From NCBI GenBank assembly GCA_034780895.1, contig JAUZTB010000042.1:34990119-35053127 (forward strand): a stretch of DNA of 63,009 nt, given 5' to 3'. The DNA is from Rhynchobatus australiae (lineage: Eukaryota). The translations under genes and the position numbers were made by a program. This document shows, in pieces, positions 27,326 to 41,710 of this stretch; positions within the stretch are counted from its first letter, which is position 1; each line of letters opens with the position of its first letter. Below the pieces are notes generated by a model. It saw only the letters and a list, made by a program, of their open reading frames with translations, had not been told where the DNA came from and ran no database searches.

Positions 27326-28349
27326 CCTGTTTAAAATCAGTTCCAATAGTAGAGGAATTAAAAGATTCCCATTAGGTGTTAGTGCTAAGACTTGAACTGA
27401 CAATCTGGCACCCAGATCTACCTGCCTCATGTGCGATCAGCAACATCACCTCTCAAGTGTGTGGGGATGGTGATCTCCCGCCAGACAGGGTGGCAATGAG
27501 CACTGTTCCTCTACAAGAACCCTGTCGGCAGAGCACAAGAACCTCTCACTAATCTGCAAGCCTTAAGTGTCAACCTCATTTCTTGCCTGAAGTCACTCAT
27601 GAAAAAAGAAATCAGTTAAAAGAATTAAAAGAAAGCTTAAAAGAATTTTAATTTCCCCAAATTTGAATTTACTATTTTGTATAAAAACTCCATTGAAGGT
27701 TGTCTAACTAAGCATATCTCCTCCTAAGCTATAAATTAGTCTGTAGTTTCCCTGTAAGACATGCAGACAAGTATTGCATTGTTATTCAGCTACTTACTAA
27801 AAATAACTTTTTGTTATTATATCTATTTGAAATGAACCAATTTACCTTTAAATGAAAAGAAATTAGACCAAAGACTATTTTAAATTTTACAGTTATAATT
27901 TTCCTAAGAATAATTTTTTGATCAATTGAACGTTCCTATACTCTCTACTGNNNNNNNNNNNNNNNNNNNNNNNNNNNNNNNNNNNNNNNNNNNNNNNNNN
28001 NNNNNNNNNNNNNNNNNNNNNNNNNNNNNNNNNNNNNNNNNNNNNNNNNNCGATCTCCCAATATTTGCCTTTAGCCAAGAAATGGGGTTTCAAAGTTATG
28101 GATTCAATGATATCTTAATTTATCTTTAATTTATATGGACCTATGTCAATGGAATCTGCAGTCGGTTTTTATATGGACAATTAAATTACAACCTTAAAGA
28201 ATTTATTTGTTTGCACTCTCCTTTCTACTTCTACAACATTCAGGCACCCATAGGTTGCAGATTGGGTAGGGCTGATTATTGAATTCTCTATAGCCACCAC
28301 TAGTTGATGTTCTATATATCGAGTGATATAGCATTAAGGTGATGTGACA

Positions 28350-28795
28350 GACATCTTGAAAAGATCTGAGTTCCCAGTTTGACGAAAAGGAGAAAATGTG
28401 GGAGAGATTTCTAGATTATTTCCAGGGTTGAGGGATTTTAGCTACAACGAATTGAGAGAGGATTTGATGGAGCTAACTATGACTGGTTAGAGCGGTTCAG
28501 TGTTCCCATTAGTTACAGTTTCAGGTGCAGGGGACACAGATTTAAAACTGTGGATGCAAGGAAAAAGACTTCTTTAAAAATATATAGAAACTGTGATGTT
28601 CTGCTGTCTGTTGGGGTGGTGGAAACTTAATCATTAGAGCTTTAAAGATGAACCTGGCCAGACACTTGAGAGAGAATCATTTGCAGGGTTTAGGGAAAGG
28701 GGCAGAGAATGCAGCTGCTGGGTTTGGTCTTCAGGAAGCCAGCAGAGACTTGGTAGACTGAACTAGCCTCCTTTTGGGCTGTAACAATTCTTTGA
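28350..28795 (+). mobile_element. Highly decayed CR1 3' end
   Basis: Residual CR1 tail layout (ggggacacagatttaaa...gaactagcctccttttgggctgtaacaattct). Confidence 0.5.
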
Positions 28796-29344
28796 CATGA
28801 ACCCTCTTTCAGAAGAAAAGATGGAACTAACATCATCAGTTCTGTGTCAATTAAGGATGGTAGGTTAGAGCTTTTGAAATGTTGTAACATCTGGTGAAAC
28901 CTTGTGTACCGTTCAAAATTCAGGTATGCAGATTTTAATTCATGGAGTTCTAGTTTTAAATTTTGGCACTCAACAGACAGGGGATGAGCAGAATGCTCCT
29001 GGTTTCTGCCCACTGCATCAGATACAAGATCCAAGTCAGTCTTGAGGCAGCTCACTCACGGGACAGGAAATCAACTCATTTCTGGACTCTGTGCCTGGTG
29101 AGGATACAACCTGGTGGGATGGGCAGGTGTAGTTACCACATCCACTTGTAAAACATTCCAGCTACTGTGCAACAATAACTGGTTCAAAATTTCCTTGTGC
29201 AGTGTGTGCCATTTTCTTTAAGGACTTGTTAGTCCACTCACCATTAGTACAAGTGGGTGGAGTGAACGCATAGTGCACACAGACACAGTAATTTTAACCT
29301 CAAGAGTGGAAGTCTATCCTAATTGAAGAGGAATGAGAGGAGAG

Positions 29345-29875
29345 ATGAAAAACACTATAACATGCTGGAGGAACTCAGCAGGCCAGGCAGCATCCGTGGA
29401 TAAAAGCTGGCAGTCAACGTTTCAGGTCTGGACCCTTCTTCAGGGCTGAAGATCAGAAAAGGGGAACCCCAATAGATAGGAGGGAAAAGCAGAGCAGTGA
29501 TAGGTGGACAAAAGAGCAGAGGTGGGGTGGGCACAAGGTGGTCATAGGTAGATGCAGGTAAGAGATAGTGATAGGCAGGTACGGGGGAGGAGGGGAGAGC
29601 AGATCCACTGGGNNNNNNNNNNNNNNNNNNNNNNNNNNNNNNNNNNNNNNNNNNNNNNNNNNNNNNNNNNNNNNNNNNNNNNNNNNNNNNNNNNNNNNNN
29701 NNNNNNNNNNNNNNNNNAGGGTAGTAGAAAAAAAAAGACAGGCTGGGAAAGGGAAGAAAAAAGGTATGATGGGGGGTGGAGAAGGGGGGGGGGTGGGGAT
29801 TACCTAAAGTGGGAGAATTTAATGTTCATGCCGTTAGGCTGCAAGGTTCTAAGACGGAAAATGAGGTGCTGTTCA
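29345..29875 (-). mobile_element. Penelope-like element 3' end (pLTR) with minimal hammerhead ribozyme
   Basis: Minus strand encodes the GIY-YIG C-terminal EQHLIFRLRTLQPNGMNIKF, followed by a pyrimidine tract, the hammerhead at 29411-29448 and gatgctgcctggcctgctgagttcctccagca. Confidence 0.8.
29411..29448 (-). ncRNA. Minimal type-I hammerhead ribozyme motif
   Basis: Minus strand: CAGCC CUGAAGA A GGGUC CA GACCU GAAA CGU U GACUG. Stem I CAGCC/GACUG (one mismatch), intact core, stem II, palindromic ACGU stem III, GUU cleavage triplet. Confidence 0.7.
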
Positions 29876-30287
29876 GCTGCAATGTTTGATGACAATGAAT
29901 TCTAAGTTTGTGGATTTTCAACTGGAGTATTGTGATTCTTTTTTCATTAAATGCATTATTTGGAATCCTTTTAATAATGGTCTGTTGTCTGCCTTGCTCT
30001 GAGAGAAAGCTTGCCATTCCATCCCATAAAGACTCAAGGATCCTTTCACTCTGCCACAAGACCCTTGCCCCAAAGACAATTATTCTTTCCCTGTACCCCT
30101 CCACCCACCATCTGCCACAAGACTGACTGGGCACTTTGTGTCCAACATCCCCAATATACTTTAATGCTTTAAGCAGTCTCTACCTTCAATTTGGTACCAG
30201 TCAAGAACCCAATAGACTTACTTCCATAAACAGTAACTGTGCAGGCAGAAGCCTGTCCAAACTACTATAGCCTTATGTAACTAATGA

Positions 30288-30520
30288 AACTTCTACACTC
30301 AGAGGGTGGTGCGAGTGTGGAACGAGCTTCCAGCAGAAGCGGTAGATGTGGGTTCAATTGTAACATTTAAGAGAAGTTTGGAATAGGTACATGGATGGGA
30401 GGGGTTTGGAGGGATATGCGCTGGTGCAGGTAGATGGGACTGGGCAGAAGATCAGGTCAGCATGGACTTGATGGGCTGAAGGGCCTGTTTCTGTGTTGTA
30501 GTACTCTATGACTCTATAAT
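30288..30520 (+). mobile_element. CR1 3' end
   Basis: actcagagggtggtgcgagtgtggaacgagcttccag...gggctgaagggcctgtttctgtgttgtagtactctatgactcta. Confidence 0.85.
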
Positions 30521-30924
30521 ATTAGTGGGGAGAAATCAGTCTTCGGTAACCAGTACTAATTGCATGCAAGTGTATTGGTTTCTACCTTCACGTACTTGGC
30601 ATTCACTGAAATAAACTCTAACCCTGGATGGGGGCTGTATAACAGGAGTGAGACATAAGCAGAGCAACCACATATCTTTTCCACGCTTTTATCAATTCAA
30701 GCCCCAGGCCCTTTTNNNNCTGGGATGTATTTAATTTCAGCCAGCCAGCTGCCTATTAAAAATGAGCATGTGTAGAGGCAGCTGATCGGGTAAAATCCAC
30801 ATCTAATGGAGGAAAGGAGCAGGGAATAGGGGAAGAGCTGAGATGCTTCCTCTCAGACCTGGCAGACTATGTCTGGTGCATCTGGCCCACCAGGCAATGG
30901 GCCATGTTTATCACTGGGGCACAG

Positions 30925-31250
30925 AAACAAAAGAAATAGAAGGAATCAACTACTCCCCCCATTCATGTCGGCTCCACCATTCAACAGGTTCACAGCTGAA
31001 CCTCTGCCTCAGCACCGCTTTCCTATGTTAACCCCACATCCTTCAATTCTCTTTCTAGCCAAAAATGTATCCATCTGCGCCTTGAATAAGCTCAGCACCT
31101 GAAACTCCACAGCACTCTTGGGTAACGAATTCCAAAGATTCGCCAACCTCTGGGTGAAGAAATTCTTCTCATATCTGTCCTGAATGGCTGACTCATTATT
31201 TTGAGACTGTGGCCACTAATTCTAGACAAATAAACCAAAGGAAACATTAT
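30925..31250 (-). mobile_element. CR1 3' end
   Basis: Reverse tail: gctccaccattcaac...gaattccaaagattc...ctctgggtgaagaaattct. Confidence 0.7.
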
Positions 31251-31459
31251 ATTTCAGTGAGATTTCTAATTATGTTTAATAACTTGTTGTGTAGCATCTC
31301 TTCAAAAGGTCTTCTGAAATACATCACATAACAGAGTCACATTCATCTATTCTGTAACTTAACAGGTTTGTTAAACATGAGTCCCTTTCACAAATCCTTC
31401 ATCATTCTACCAATTCCTATAACTGTACAAGTGCCCGTTATCACCTGGATAATAGATTT

Positions 31460-31745
31460 GGGCAACACAGTGACACAGCCAATCCTCTGACCTCTGCTGC
31501 TGTCAGTGTGAAGTCTGCATGTTCTCCCTGTGATACAGTTTCCATCCAACAGACATGCAGACTGGTAGATTAATTGGCCACTGTAAATTATCCCTTGTGT
31601 ACAAGTTAACTGGCAGAATCTAAATGGGATGTTGGGAATGTGGGGCAATAAAATGGGATTGGCATAAATGGGTGCTTGATTGGTGGTGTGATACATTGGG
31701 CTGCAGGGTCTGTTTACATGCTGTATAACTCTGACTCCAGACTCC
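31460..31745 (+). mobile_element. V-SINE with CR1-type tail
   Basis: gtgtgaagtctgcatgttctccctgtga...ttaattggccactgtaaattatccct...gggtctgtttacatgctgtataactctgactc. Confidence 0.7.
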
Positions 31746-32199
31746 AGAATTTTTTCCTGACCTCTATACCCCAACGTTCTCACCCCTTGAATCAAGTTAA
31801 CCTGCAGTAGAGTTTAGCCTTGTTAGTGTTATAGTGACAAATTCCAAAGGGATATCTATATGTCCCAAGTTTGAACAATTGCATCTTGAGCAGGAAGATA
31901 CAGAGAAGCTTTGTACTTATCACCATTGTGTTGGTCCTCAAATTAGATCCGGCTTTTCTGTAGCAGGATCACACCGACGCCACTGAGACATTAATTCCAG
32001 TCAGCTCTAGGAAGAGAGCACATTGTCACGACTGTCAATTCTGCCCAGTGTATACAAGGGCTGACAGAAACAGGCGCTCAGTTCAGGGATTAATCATGCA
32101 ACTCTATCACCCCACATACAGGGTCCCAGTGTGACTTTATCAGATGATAAATCATTTAAAACAAATCAGTTTTGAATAAATTGCAAGATACAAGATAAA

Positions 32200-32600
32200 G
32201 CAGCACAGTAGCATAGCAGTTAGTGTGACGCTGTTACAGTGCCAACAATTGGGGTTCAATTCCCATCGTTGTCTGTAAGGAGTTTGTACATTCTCCCTGT
32301 GACTGCATGGGTTTCCTCCGGGTGCTCTGGTTTCCTCCCACATTCTAAAATCGTACGGGTCGGTTAACNNNNNNNNNNNNNNNNNNNNNNNNNNNNNNNN
32401 NNNNNNNNNNNNNNNNNNNNNNNNNNNNNNNNNNNNNNNNNNNNNNNNNNNNNNNNNNNNNNNNNNNNNNNNNNNNNNNNNNNNNNNNNNNNNNNNNNNN
32501 NNNNNNNNNNNNNNNNNNNNNNNNNNNNNNNNNNNNNNNNNNNNNNNNNNNNNNNNNNNNNNNNNNNNNNNNNNCATGCTGTATAAATAAAGTTTAAGGT
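32200..32600 (+). mobile_element. V-SINE (gap inside)
   Basis: gcagcacagtagcatagcagttag (A-box), ggggttcaattccc (B-box), V-domain gggtttcctccgggtgctctggtttcctcccacat. Confidence 0.8.
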
Positions 32601-35299
32601 TTAATAATCCTTCAGCAAGTGTTTGCCAATACTGTCAATCCCAACCTGCATTGAACAACCATGATCCAAGCTTCTAAGAAAACCATGTGTGTTCTGGAAG
32701 AATTATGTAGGTTGTAGATTTATGGCAATGGATTGTTGGCCAGACTATTAATCTCTTTCTGTCCTTGCATTTGAAATGTTGAAGGCCTCCTTATGCCTGT
32801 GGACTAGTGCTACAACTTTTGGTTGCTTGTAATCAGGCAACAGAAATGGACAGGTCTTCTCAATCATACCGGATCTACACCGAGTGGTGGGACCTACATT
32901 CGCCTGCAGGATCAGCCACCCAATTAGATCTGGCTCCTCAAGGCATCCAGTGGGCAGTCAACCAAATAATACATCCCACTCTTCTCACTAGCAGGACAAG
33001 CTGCTCATGGTCAGTTGCAGGTTCTGGCCCACAGAGTGGGCAAAACAAATACCAATATCGTTAAGTTGGCTCGCTCCTACAGACCTCACCCACTGCTTGA
33101 TCTGTGAGCCAGGCTGCTGCTTTGCCCGGCACAGGACATCACCACTCTGACAAGGTCGTAGTTCAGGGTAGGGATTGACCCCAGCTACTGTGATCACTGC
33201 TCTCTGGCACAACAGAATGTTGGAAGCCAGAGGGTCCTTCATTACCATTCTTATTCCCCACAGCCTGAACACCATTTTGCAGTGGCAAAGGAAAGTTTAG
33301 CTAGTACAGGGATTACTGGCAATGGTAGCTGAGCCTTGTCCAGAGACACCCACTGCTTCTTCTATTCAAGTTAATGGGGTACAAGCCTGTGTATGAACAT
33401 TACACAAAAAGATGTATTTCACTGTGTGTTTCGATGTACATGGGACTAATAAGGAGATCTTATATCTGATAAGAGGAACACTGGGAAGTGTGAGGTGACC
33501 AAACAGGAAGCAACTATTAATTAAGCCTTTGGATGTACTTGGAAAGTGGGCCTCATTTGATGCATAGTCAGTTCACTTGTCTGTGATATCTGTAAAAATA
33601 TTATTTTTGGGTGGGGGGGGAAGCAATGTATAGAACTATTTCCATTTTCTATAGCAATTTGACAGATTAGTGAGATTTTGTTTTCAACAGCAGACTGTTA
33701 CTAATCTCTCAGGGTTAAAGCCATAATAAGTTATAGGAAATACATCATGAGATTTTCAGCCCCAACTTGGAAGAGCATTTAATCATTATTTTCTTGCCAA
33801 ATCAAGAGGAAAATCAATATGCCAAACCCCTCCATTCCACCTACTCACCGTATGCTATTTTATATTGCAACATTGCCTGTACACTATTTTAAATACTCCC
33901 GCATTTTCCCCACAAAGAAATTACTTGATATTTGGATACCACAGGTACTCCTTAAATTTTCCTGTAAAGTCAATCTGAAATATTTTTGTTCCAATGCTCA
34001 TTTACTTGAATTACAAGCCGTCTCCAGAAATATGCACTCTTCATTGATGAAATACACTTCATGGTCTCAAGACATCCAGAAATGCTTTATTGCCAATAAA
34101 TTATTTTCAGAGTGCAGTCATTATTACATTGAAGGGAAATATAATAGCCAATTTGTGTAATGCAAGGACCTACAAGCAGAGAATCTCTTTTAGCAAGTGC
34201 TGGTGCAAGGATATATACCGTCCAATGCAGACACATTGTGTTGTGTTACAATTACAGAGAAAAAAAAAGCATTACATTTAAAATGGAAAAAATGCATCCC
34301 CAATCATTGGTTACAATTAATGTGTGCCAGAGGCATCATAGAACAGTGACCAGGACTAAAGAATAATGGTGAGATTGATTAGTGGTGGATTATTTCTGAA
34401 AGCAGTTTCTTTGGATTAGCAAAATTCCATGTGCTGCTTAATATTATGTTGCACCAGCAGAGGAAAAGAACAAAAATGGAGAGTTACTTAACTTCAGATA
34501 CCAGATTAAAGCAAAGGGTGAGGCAAGTATAGTATCACAGTGCATCCTTCCAGGGTTCTGGGGCAACCCAACTATAAAAACAGTGACATGGAGCTGTAGG
34601 TGATCAGATAACCATGAAGTAAAGTAAAATTGGCCAAAATGGACAATGTAAAACCATCCAGCTAGGAAAAGGAGAATGCATCTCTATCCATTAAAATAAG
34701 ATGCAAACCAGCCCTTAAAGTGAAAGTAAAATACCCAGTGATCAATTCCTCTTTGGACATTGAGTTTACTGGAGCAATCATTGTGATTAATTATGATCTA
34801 TTTGAAATTATTTCAGTTTTTGTTTTCTCATTTTAAAATAAAATTGGAGAAGTATTTGGAGAAGAGGAAAGGGGGGAGGTCAGGGTAGAGGAGGTTAGAA
34901 CAGTACAAACTGTTCCAGTTGAAATGCCATCTCCACTGATAGTGACATATGGGCCAAACTGCCTCCCACAGTGCTGCAAATCCTATGCTGTTTAGAAGTC
35001 AGTATTCCATCAGATTTTCACCCTCAACACCCAATTCTTAATTCTAAATAAAAAAAATCCTAAAAGCCGTCAGCATTGGCCTCATAAATGACTTACCTTC
35101 CAGACCTGGGAGATTTAAAGTTGGTGTTCAAGCCACTTATAAATTCTTCCAACAATGAAAAAACTTGTGCCAACTTGCAGCAAAATCTGGAATGTATCCA
35201 GCTTGGGCTAACATGTAGCAGAAAACATTTACACTTCATAAATGGCAGGTAATGATCATCCAAACAAAATATTTCCATTATCTCCCACTTACCTCATGC

Positions 35300-35795
35300 G
35301 AAGAAGGAGGCCATTCTGTCCAGCATGTCCAAGCTAGCCTAAGAAAAGATGTCCAGTTCTCCAGCTCTTGACACTTAGCCTTGGAGGTTAGACCACTGTG
35401 CAAAATACTTCTTAAATGCAATGAGGGTTTCTGGTTCCACCACTCTTTAAATTAAATTTCTAGACTCACCACCCTCTGGATGAAAAAAAGTCTTTCCCTC
35501 TCTTTTACTAATACTTTAAATATACCAATTAACTTTAATTCCAGCAATCACCTTGCCTATTGAGGGAACGAGATCCTTCCTGCCCTCTCTAATTAGGCTC
35601 CTCAATTAAATCTCCTTCACCCTCTGTTGCTCTATTTAAAAAAATAAGACAAACTCAGCCAATCTGATCATTCCTTTTAGCTAAAATTTTCAGTTTTGGC
35701 ATCAGCCTTGCATATCTCCTTTGTAACCTCTCTACTACATCATACCACATTCTTCCTGTAATGTAGGAACCAGAAATATTAGTAGTTCTGCTGTT
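35300..35795 (-). mobile_element. Decayed CR1 3' end
   Basis: Minus strand DVVERLQRRYARLMPKLK resembles CR1 LERVQRRFTRMIPGL; CR1-type tail follows. Confidence 0.6.
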
Positions 35796-38700
35796 TNNNN
35801 NNNNNNNNNNNNNNNNNNNNNNNNNNNNNNNNNNNNNNNNNNNNNNNNNNNNNNNNNNNNNNNNNNNNNNNNNNNNNNNNNNNNNNNNNNNNNNNNNNNN
35901 NNNNNNNNNNNNNNNNNNNNNNNNNNNNNNNNNNNNNNNNNNNNNNNNNNNNNNNNNNNNNNNNNNNNNNNNNNNNNNNNNNNNNNNNNNNNNNNNNNNN
36001 NNNNNNNNNNNNNNNNNNNNNNNNNNNNNNNNNNNNNNNNNNNNNNNNNNNNNNNNNNNNNNNNNNNNNNNNNNNNNNNNNNNNNNNNNNNNNNNNNNNN
36101 NNNNNNNNNNNNNNNNNNNNNNNNNNNNNNNNNNNNNNNNNNNNNNNNNNNNNNNNNNNNNNNNNNNNNNNNNNNNNNNNNNNNNNNNNNNNNNNNNNNN
36201 NNNNNNNNNNNNNNNNNNNNNNNNNNNNNNNNNNNNNNNNNNNNNNNNNNNNNNNNNNNNNNNNNNNNNNNNNNNNNNNNNNNNNNNNNNNNNNNNNNNN
36301 NNNNNNNNNNNNNNNNNNNNNNNNNNNNNNNNNNNNNNNNNNNNNNNNNNNNNNNNNNNNNNNNNNNNNNNNNNNNNNNNNNNNNNNNNNNNNNNNNNNN
36401 NNNNNNNNNNNNNNNNNNNNNNNNNNNNNNNNNNNNNNNNNNNNNNNNNNNNNNNNNNNNNNNNNNNNNNNNNNNNNNNNNNNNNATTATGGTTGCTCAT
36501 CTAAAGTTTCCTAAAAGCTGATAGGTCAATTCAACACATGTATAAAAATGCCCAACCCATTATTTATTAATAAGATCTGGGTATCACTGCAAAGGCCATC
36601 ATTTACATGTCCATCCCTATTTTCTCTTGAACTGATTGGCTAACTAAGCAATTTCTAAGAGAACTTTTGAATGTGGGTCAGGAGTCACAGATCAGCCTTC
36701 CCGGATAAAGACAACTGACTTCCTCTGTATCAGAATTCGGTAGTTTCACCAAACACCAGTGAAACCAGCTTGTTATTCAAACTTTATTTAATTAACTGAA
36801 TTTATATTCCCCAACTCTGCACTGAAATTGAACTTGTGTACCCAAGTCATTGTTACTGCTGGCTGAGTAACTTAACTATTGTTCTTCCGTACTAAGATTG
36901 TAACTCTTCCAACTGTGTAGGCAGAGAATTGTAGAATGAAGACAAAATGTCTTGAACATGGTGGAGGAGAGTCTCTTAGATATCTTGCAGAGTTAAGGGT
37001 TAATAATTGAACTTCCTTCTCCCATAGAGAAACTGAATTTCAAGATATACAGGATATCCTTGAAGTGTGATAAGAAGAAAGTGTGCTTTTAGTATCCAAT
37101 ACTTTTAGTATTCTTATGTATGAGAAATGCAAGTCAGTAATTAAGTCAGCTGGGGTGATTAAAGTATAACTTTGGTGACTGAGGTGGAGTGATCTGATAA
37201 ATGTAGGGCAGAAACATAATCATAATACAGAAAACAGGTTATGAACAGTTACATCAGAAAGTCTTGTTTAAAAGGGAAGTAGGTATGAAAGAAGGAACTA
37301 AAATTGTTTGCATGAACAGACAGTTTTCAACAGATTCAGGAACAGATGCATTTATAGGTCTTACCCATGATATAAGCCTTTGATGTAGACAAAATGTGCA
37401 GACAATGATTGTTATCAACAGGTCTTTTCAACTGAAATGCTTCTCTCTTTTTGAAAGACATTTGGACTATACATCAATATAACCTGTTCTGCGTGTTCCA
37501 AATGGCTTGTTCTTACTCAAACTGTTGTGTGAACCAGGAGAGCAGGGAGATAACGCTAATAGATGTTTGTGATAAAATNNNNNNNNNNNNNNNNNNNNNN
37601 NNNNNNNNNNNNNNNNNNNNNNNNNNNNNNNNNNNNNNNNNNNNNNNNNNNNNNNNNNNNNNNNNNNNNNNNNNNNNNATAAAATATTCACAAATAATTA
37701 CTCACGTTTTATTTTTGTGCTTGGCTGTTAGTGAAACAAAAACAAATCTTCACCTGCTGATTCAGAAAATGTCATTTCTTAAGACTCAGTATATAAAGCA
37801 ATGCTATTGATTTTCTCTCTTGCACACAATAAATATGCCTTTTGTTGCTCAGTGAATCAATTTCTTCATGGCCACAACTTGCTCCTTTTGAATTCTCGTT
37901 TGCAAAAAGTAACCCAATCTTCCCCTGTTAAAAACCTAGAAAACTTTATGCATAAGAATGAAAGTTAATTTTATTATTTGGAAGTAACAATGTTCAAAAT
38001 TTCGAACCCAATTCTTTTCTTTTCAGAACCTTCTAATAACAATCAATGAATTTTGTTGATGATATTACCGGGGAACATATCAGGTTCTACAGTGTGCTGG
38101 TGGCACTCAGCACTTTCACCGCTAACTCTCTGGACCCCTGTACCACCTGCCATTTATCATAGATTATAGAACATCCAGTGATGGGTGAGCAGGAATTCCT
38201 GTAGCTTAATATTGGGAATCTGAAGCCGTTGTCTATGATCTCCATCCCCTGGCAACAATTTCCAGAGAATTATCTAAAGCAGATTAAGATGATTCAGAAT
38301 CTTAGTGGTGAGGTACTCAACTCAACTTCTGAACACGTGCCCATGCCATTGGCAACCTGATCTCCACAACATCGATCAGCCTCAGCCATACCCTTGCTAC
38401 CTCTAAACTTGACTTTTCAAGACCTCTCTTAGCTCCCAACCCACCTACATTATAGTTTTGACTTCATCCAAAACATAAATGGTTGCATCAAAACTTTCAG
38501 CAGGTCTTGTTCACTCTTCAAATTCATGTTTTGTAATTTACTTTAGCTCTTCATCTGGTAATGGCATTCTATCTGTTTATAAATCCATCCATAGCTTGTC
38601 CATCCACCCCTATCAACCTTTGAGACTCAGTCCTCCATTAATTTTCATCTCTTGTGCGTCCCCCTGATTTTAACAGCCTCACAATCAGCTGCCTTAGCAC

Positions 38701-40409
38701 AAATTCGAGAAGTTGCTTGTTAAACTACTCCTACATTAATATGCTCCTTTAAACCTGTCTCTCTGGCCAAGTATTTGATCATCTTGTCTAATAACTTTTT
38801 TCTGTCACTGAAGTGTCAGAAGTATTTTTTCCACTAATTAGGCTTATTAAGCAGGTTGGGATATTTTGCTATATTAAAGGAAACATTTATAATGATCTAT
38901 TCACTTACCTTTTGTGCAAAATGGTGCTTAAAAGCAATTTTCATGCCAGATCAAGCTGGAAGATTTATGCACTAGAGGCAGAAGTATTTTACCATTTTGA
39001 AAGTAAAACTGTCCAAGATTTACACCTAGTTCTTTTCACAACCCTTTGGTAAGGATCCATACTCGCTCCCCATTGGTGATAACACCCGAGAACCAATCAG
39101 GTTCCACAAGTGTGCTTCCATGCACAATTCCCCTCAGTACCACTGACGTCTGCCCAGCTTCAATGGCACAGCTAATGACATCATAGATGGCACACTGATA
39201 ACTTCCTCCACTCTCTGTACATTTAAAGCATTTGGTTGAAACCTGGAAGCACCACTGTTTACACCACAGAAAAATGAAGAGCTCATTACACTGGATTCAG
39301 GAAACGGCAATGAAAGACTCTGCAGTGTCACACTGATGTTGTGCACACAGCAAATCCCAGCTCAATGGTCAGCATTGTGGAAAATTAACCAGTGTTGCTC
39401 CATTCAGTGATCGCATGTGCAGACTGCATGCTCTGTTCACTGTCCCCTAGATCAACATACACCTCATAGTAGCTCAAGGCTATTCACAGGACTGGAGTCA
39501 ATCAGTCCAATTCATCCTGACAGGAACTGTAACAGTTCAAAACCAATGCACAAATTTGTATGTTAAATGGCTTAGTACATTTTAAATGGCTTAGTAAATG
39601 GCTTAATACATTTTAGCCCAAATTCACAAATTTTCTTGGTAAATTGGAGAGGCCATTCGTGCTATACACCACGCATTCAGTCCACTAAATGAACTCTAGG
39701 CATGTATATGGGGGACTATGTGGGAGGGAAGGCTTAGAGCAGGATAAAATGTCATCACAATGTTGTGGACCGAAGGGCCTGGACTGTTCTGTAATGTTCT
39801 ATGTTCTGCATGTAATGATATGGTATATGTGGATGTAGTTGTTAAATTACTTGATGAATATCCAGGGACCCAAGTTAAAAGATCCAGAAGATCTAAGCAG
39901 CTGGGAGTTTTATATTTGCAACTAAATAAATCTGGAATTCAAAAAAAAACAGCTAGAATCTGTAATGACAGCCACAAAACTACCAGACTGTCATACAAAA
40001 AAAACATGTTTCATCAGGGTGGGAAATCTGCCAGCCTTACCTGACCTGTTCAGGACCCAGGAATGAGGTTGATCTTTAATTGTCCACTCAGTTCAGGGAC
40101 AACTAGAAATGGGAGACAAACGCTGGCCTTGCCAGTGGCGTTCACATCCTGTGAATGAATAAAAAAAATGTACAGATCATGCACAATTCCCATTGAGTTG
40201 TGTTTAGTTCGCACACAACTTGAGGATTGATAAAGCCCTTCTCAAAAATTGACTTTCAGCAGTTGTATTTTGTTCTGTTAATATCTGCTGGTTGGTCATG
40301 GAAAGACAATTTTATCTTCATGGGAAATCAATGAGGAGGGTTGTAGGGCCCAGGGAGAAAGAACAGCTCCCACCACACAAAATACATGGCTTTAGCAGTT
40401 TCTCAAAAC

Positions 40410-41070
40410 CAACCCAATCAAGTAGCCACGGCCAAGAAAGTGCAGCAGCACCTCTACTTCCTCGGGAGGCTAAAAAAATTTGGCATGTCCCCATTGAGCC
40501 CCACCAATTTTTAAATTATTGCACCATAGAAAACATCCTATCTGGATGCATTACAGCTTGGTATGGCAACTGCTTTTCCCAAGACTGCAAGAAACTGCAG
40601 AGCGTTGTGGACACAGCTCAGCACATCATGGAAACCAGCCTTCCCTCCATGGACGCTGTCTATATTTCTTGCTGCCACAGTATAGCAGCCAATATCATTG
40701 AAGACTCCACCCACCNNNNNNNNNNNNNNNNNNNNNNNNNNNNNNNNNNNNNNNNNNNNNNNNNNNNNNNNNNNNNNNNNNNNNNNNAGGCTCGAGGACA
40801 GCTTTTATCCTGCTATTATAAAACAATTGAAATGGTCCCCTAGTACGATAAGGTGGACTCTCGACCTCACAATCTACCTTGTTATGGCCTTGTATCTTAT
40901 TGTCTGCCTGCACTGAACTTTCTCTGTAACACTTTATTTTTCATTCTGTTATTGTTTTCCCTTGTACTACCCCAATGCACTACTGTAATGAAATGATCTG
41001 TATGGATGGCATGCAAAACAAAGTTGTTCACTGTACCTCGGTACATGTGACAATAATAAACAAATTTACC
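40410..41070 (+). mobile_element. Rex1/Babar LINE 3' end
   Basis: KKVQQHLYFLGRLKKFG...CTIENILSGCITAWYGNCFSQDCKKLQSVVDTAQHIMETSLPS; tail ttcactgtacctcggtacatgtgacaataataaac. Confidence 0.85.
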
Positions 41071-41704
41071 AGTTTAGCTAACTTTCAATTGTCAGCCATG
41101 GCCTGAATAGAGTCAAGGGTTCCTCTGCAAAAAACAATCAACTCTGTACATGACATTCACAGTACCAACTGGTCAGTCTTCACAAAACAAATGAGCCTTC
41201 TTCTTACTCTCTCTTTACTTAAATACACCCTAACCTCCCCCATTAGTGTTCCTTTTAAACAATATAACTATAATATTTTATGAAAAACAATCAGAATTCA
41301 TAATCTCCTCTGACCAATCATTAAACAAGATCTACAGTAACACCTCAACAGGCATATCTCTCATAACCCTTATGGAGATTATGACAATATGATCTAAAGT
41401 AGTACAGGTGACATAAGGAAATAAAACGTAGGCAGTGAGTTACTTTTCAAGAGCACAATGGATCTATATTAGAAATAAAGGAAGAGCAGGGAGTGGCATT
41501 GATTGCATATCCCTTTCAAAGAGCCAACACTGGCACCCTGAGCTCAATTGTCTTCTCATTGACTTTATCATCATGTGATTCTATGAAGCATTTCAAAGGT
41601 AAAAATGGTGTTCTGTTATTTAATCTTTATTACTCAGAATAAAAAGGCAGTTCTGCCCAAAATCCAATATTTCATGACATTATTGATCCACATCCATTAA
41701 CAAC

Positions 41705-41710
41705 TTTATT
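41705..41710 (-). terminator. KCNMB4: Candidate KCNMB4 polyadenylation signal
   Basis: AATAAA on the minus strand ~400 nt past the stop; a second one at 41626-41631. Confidence 0.5.
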
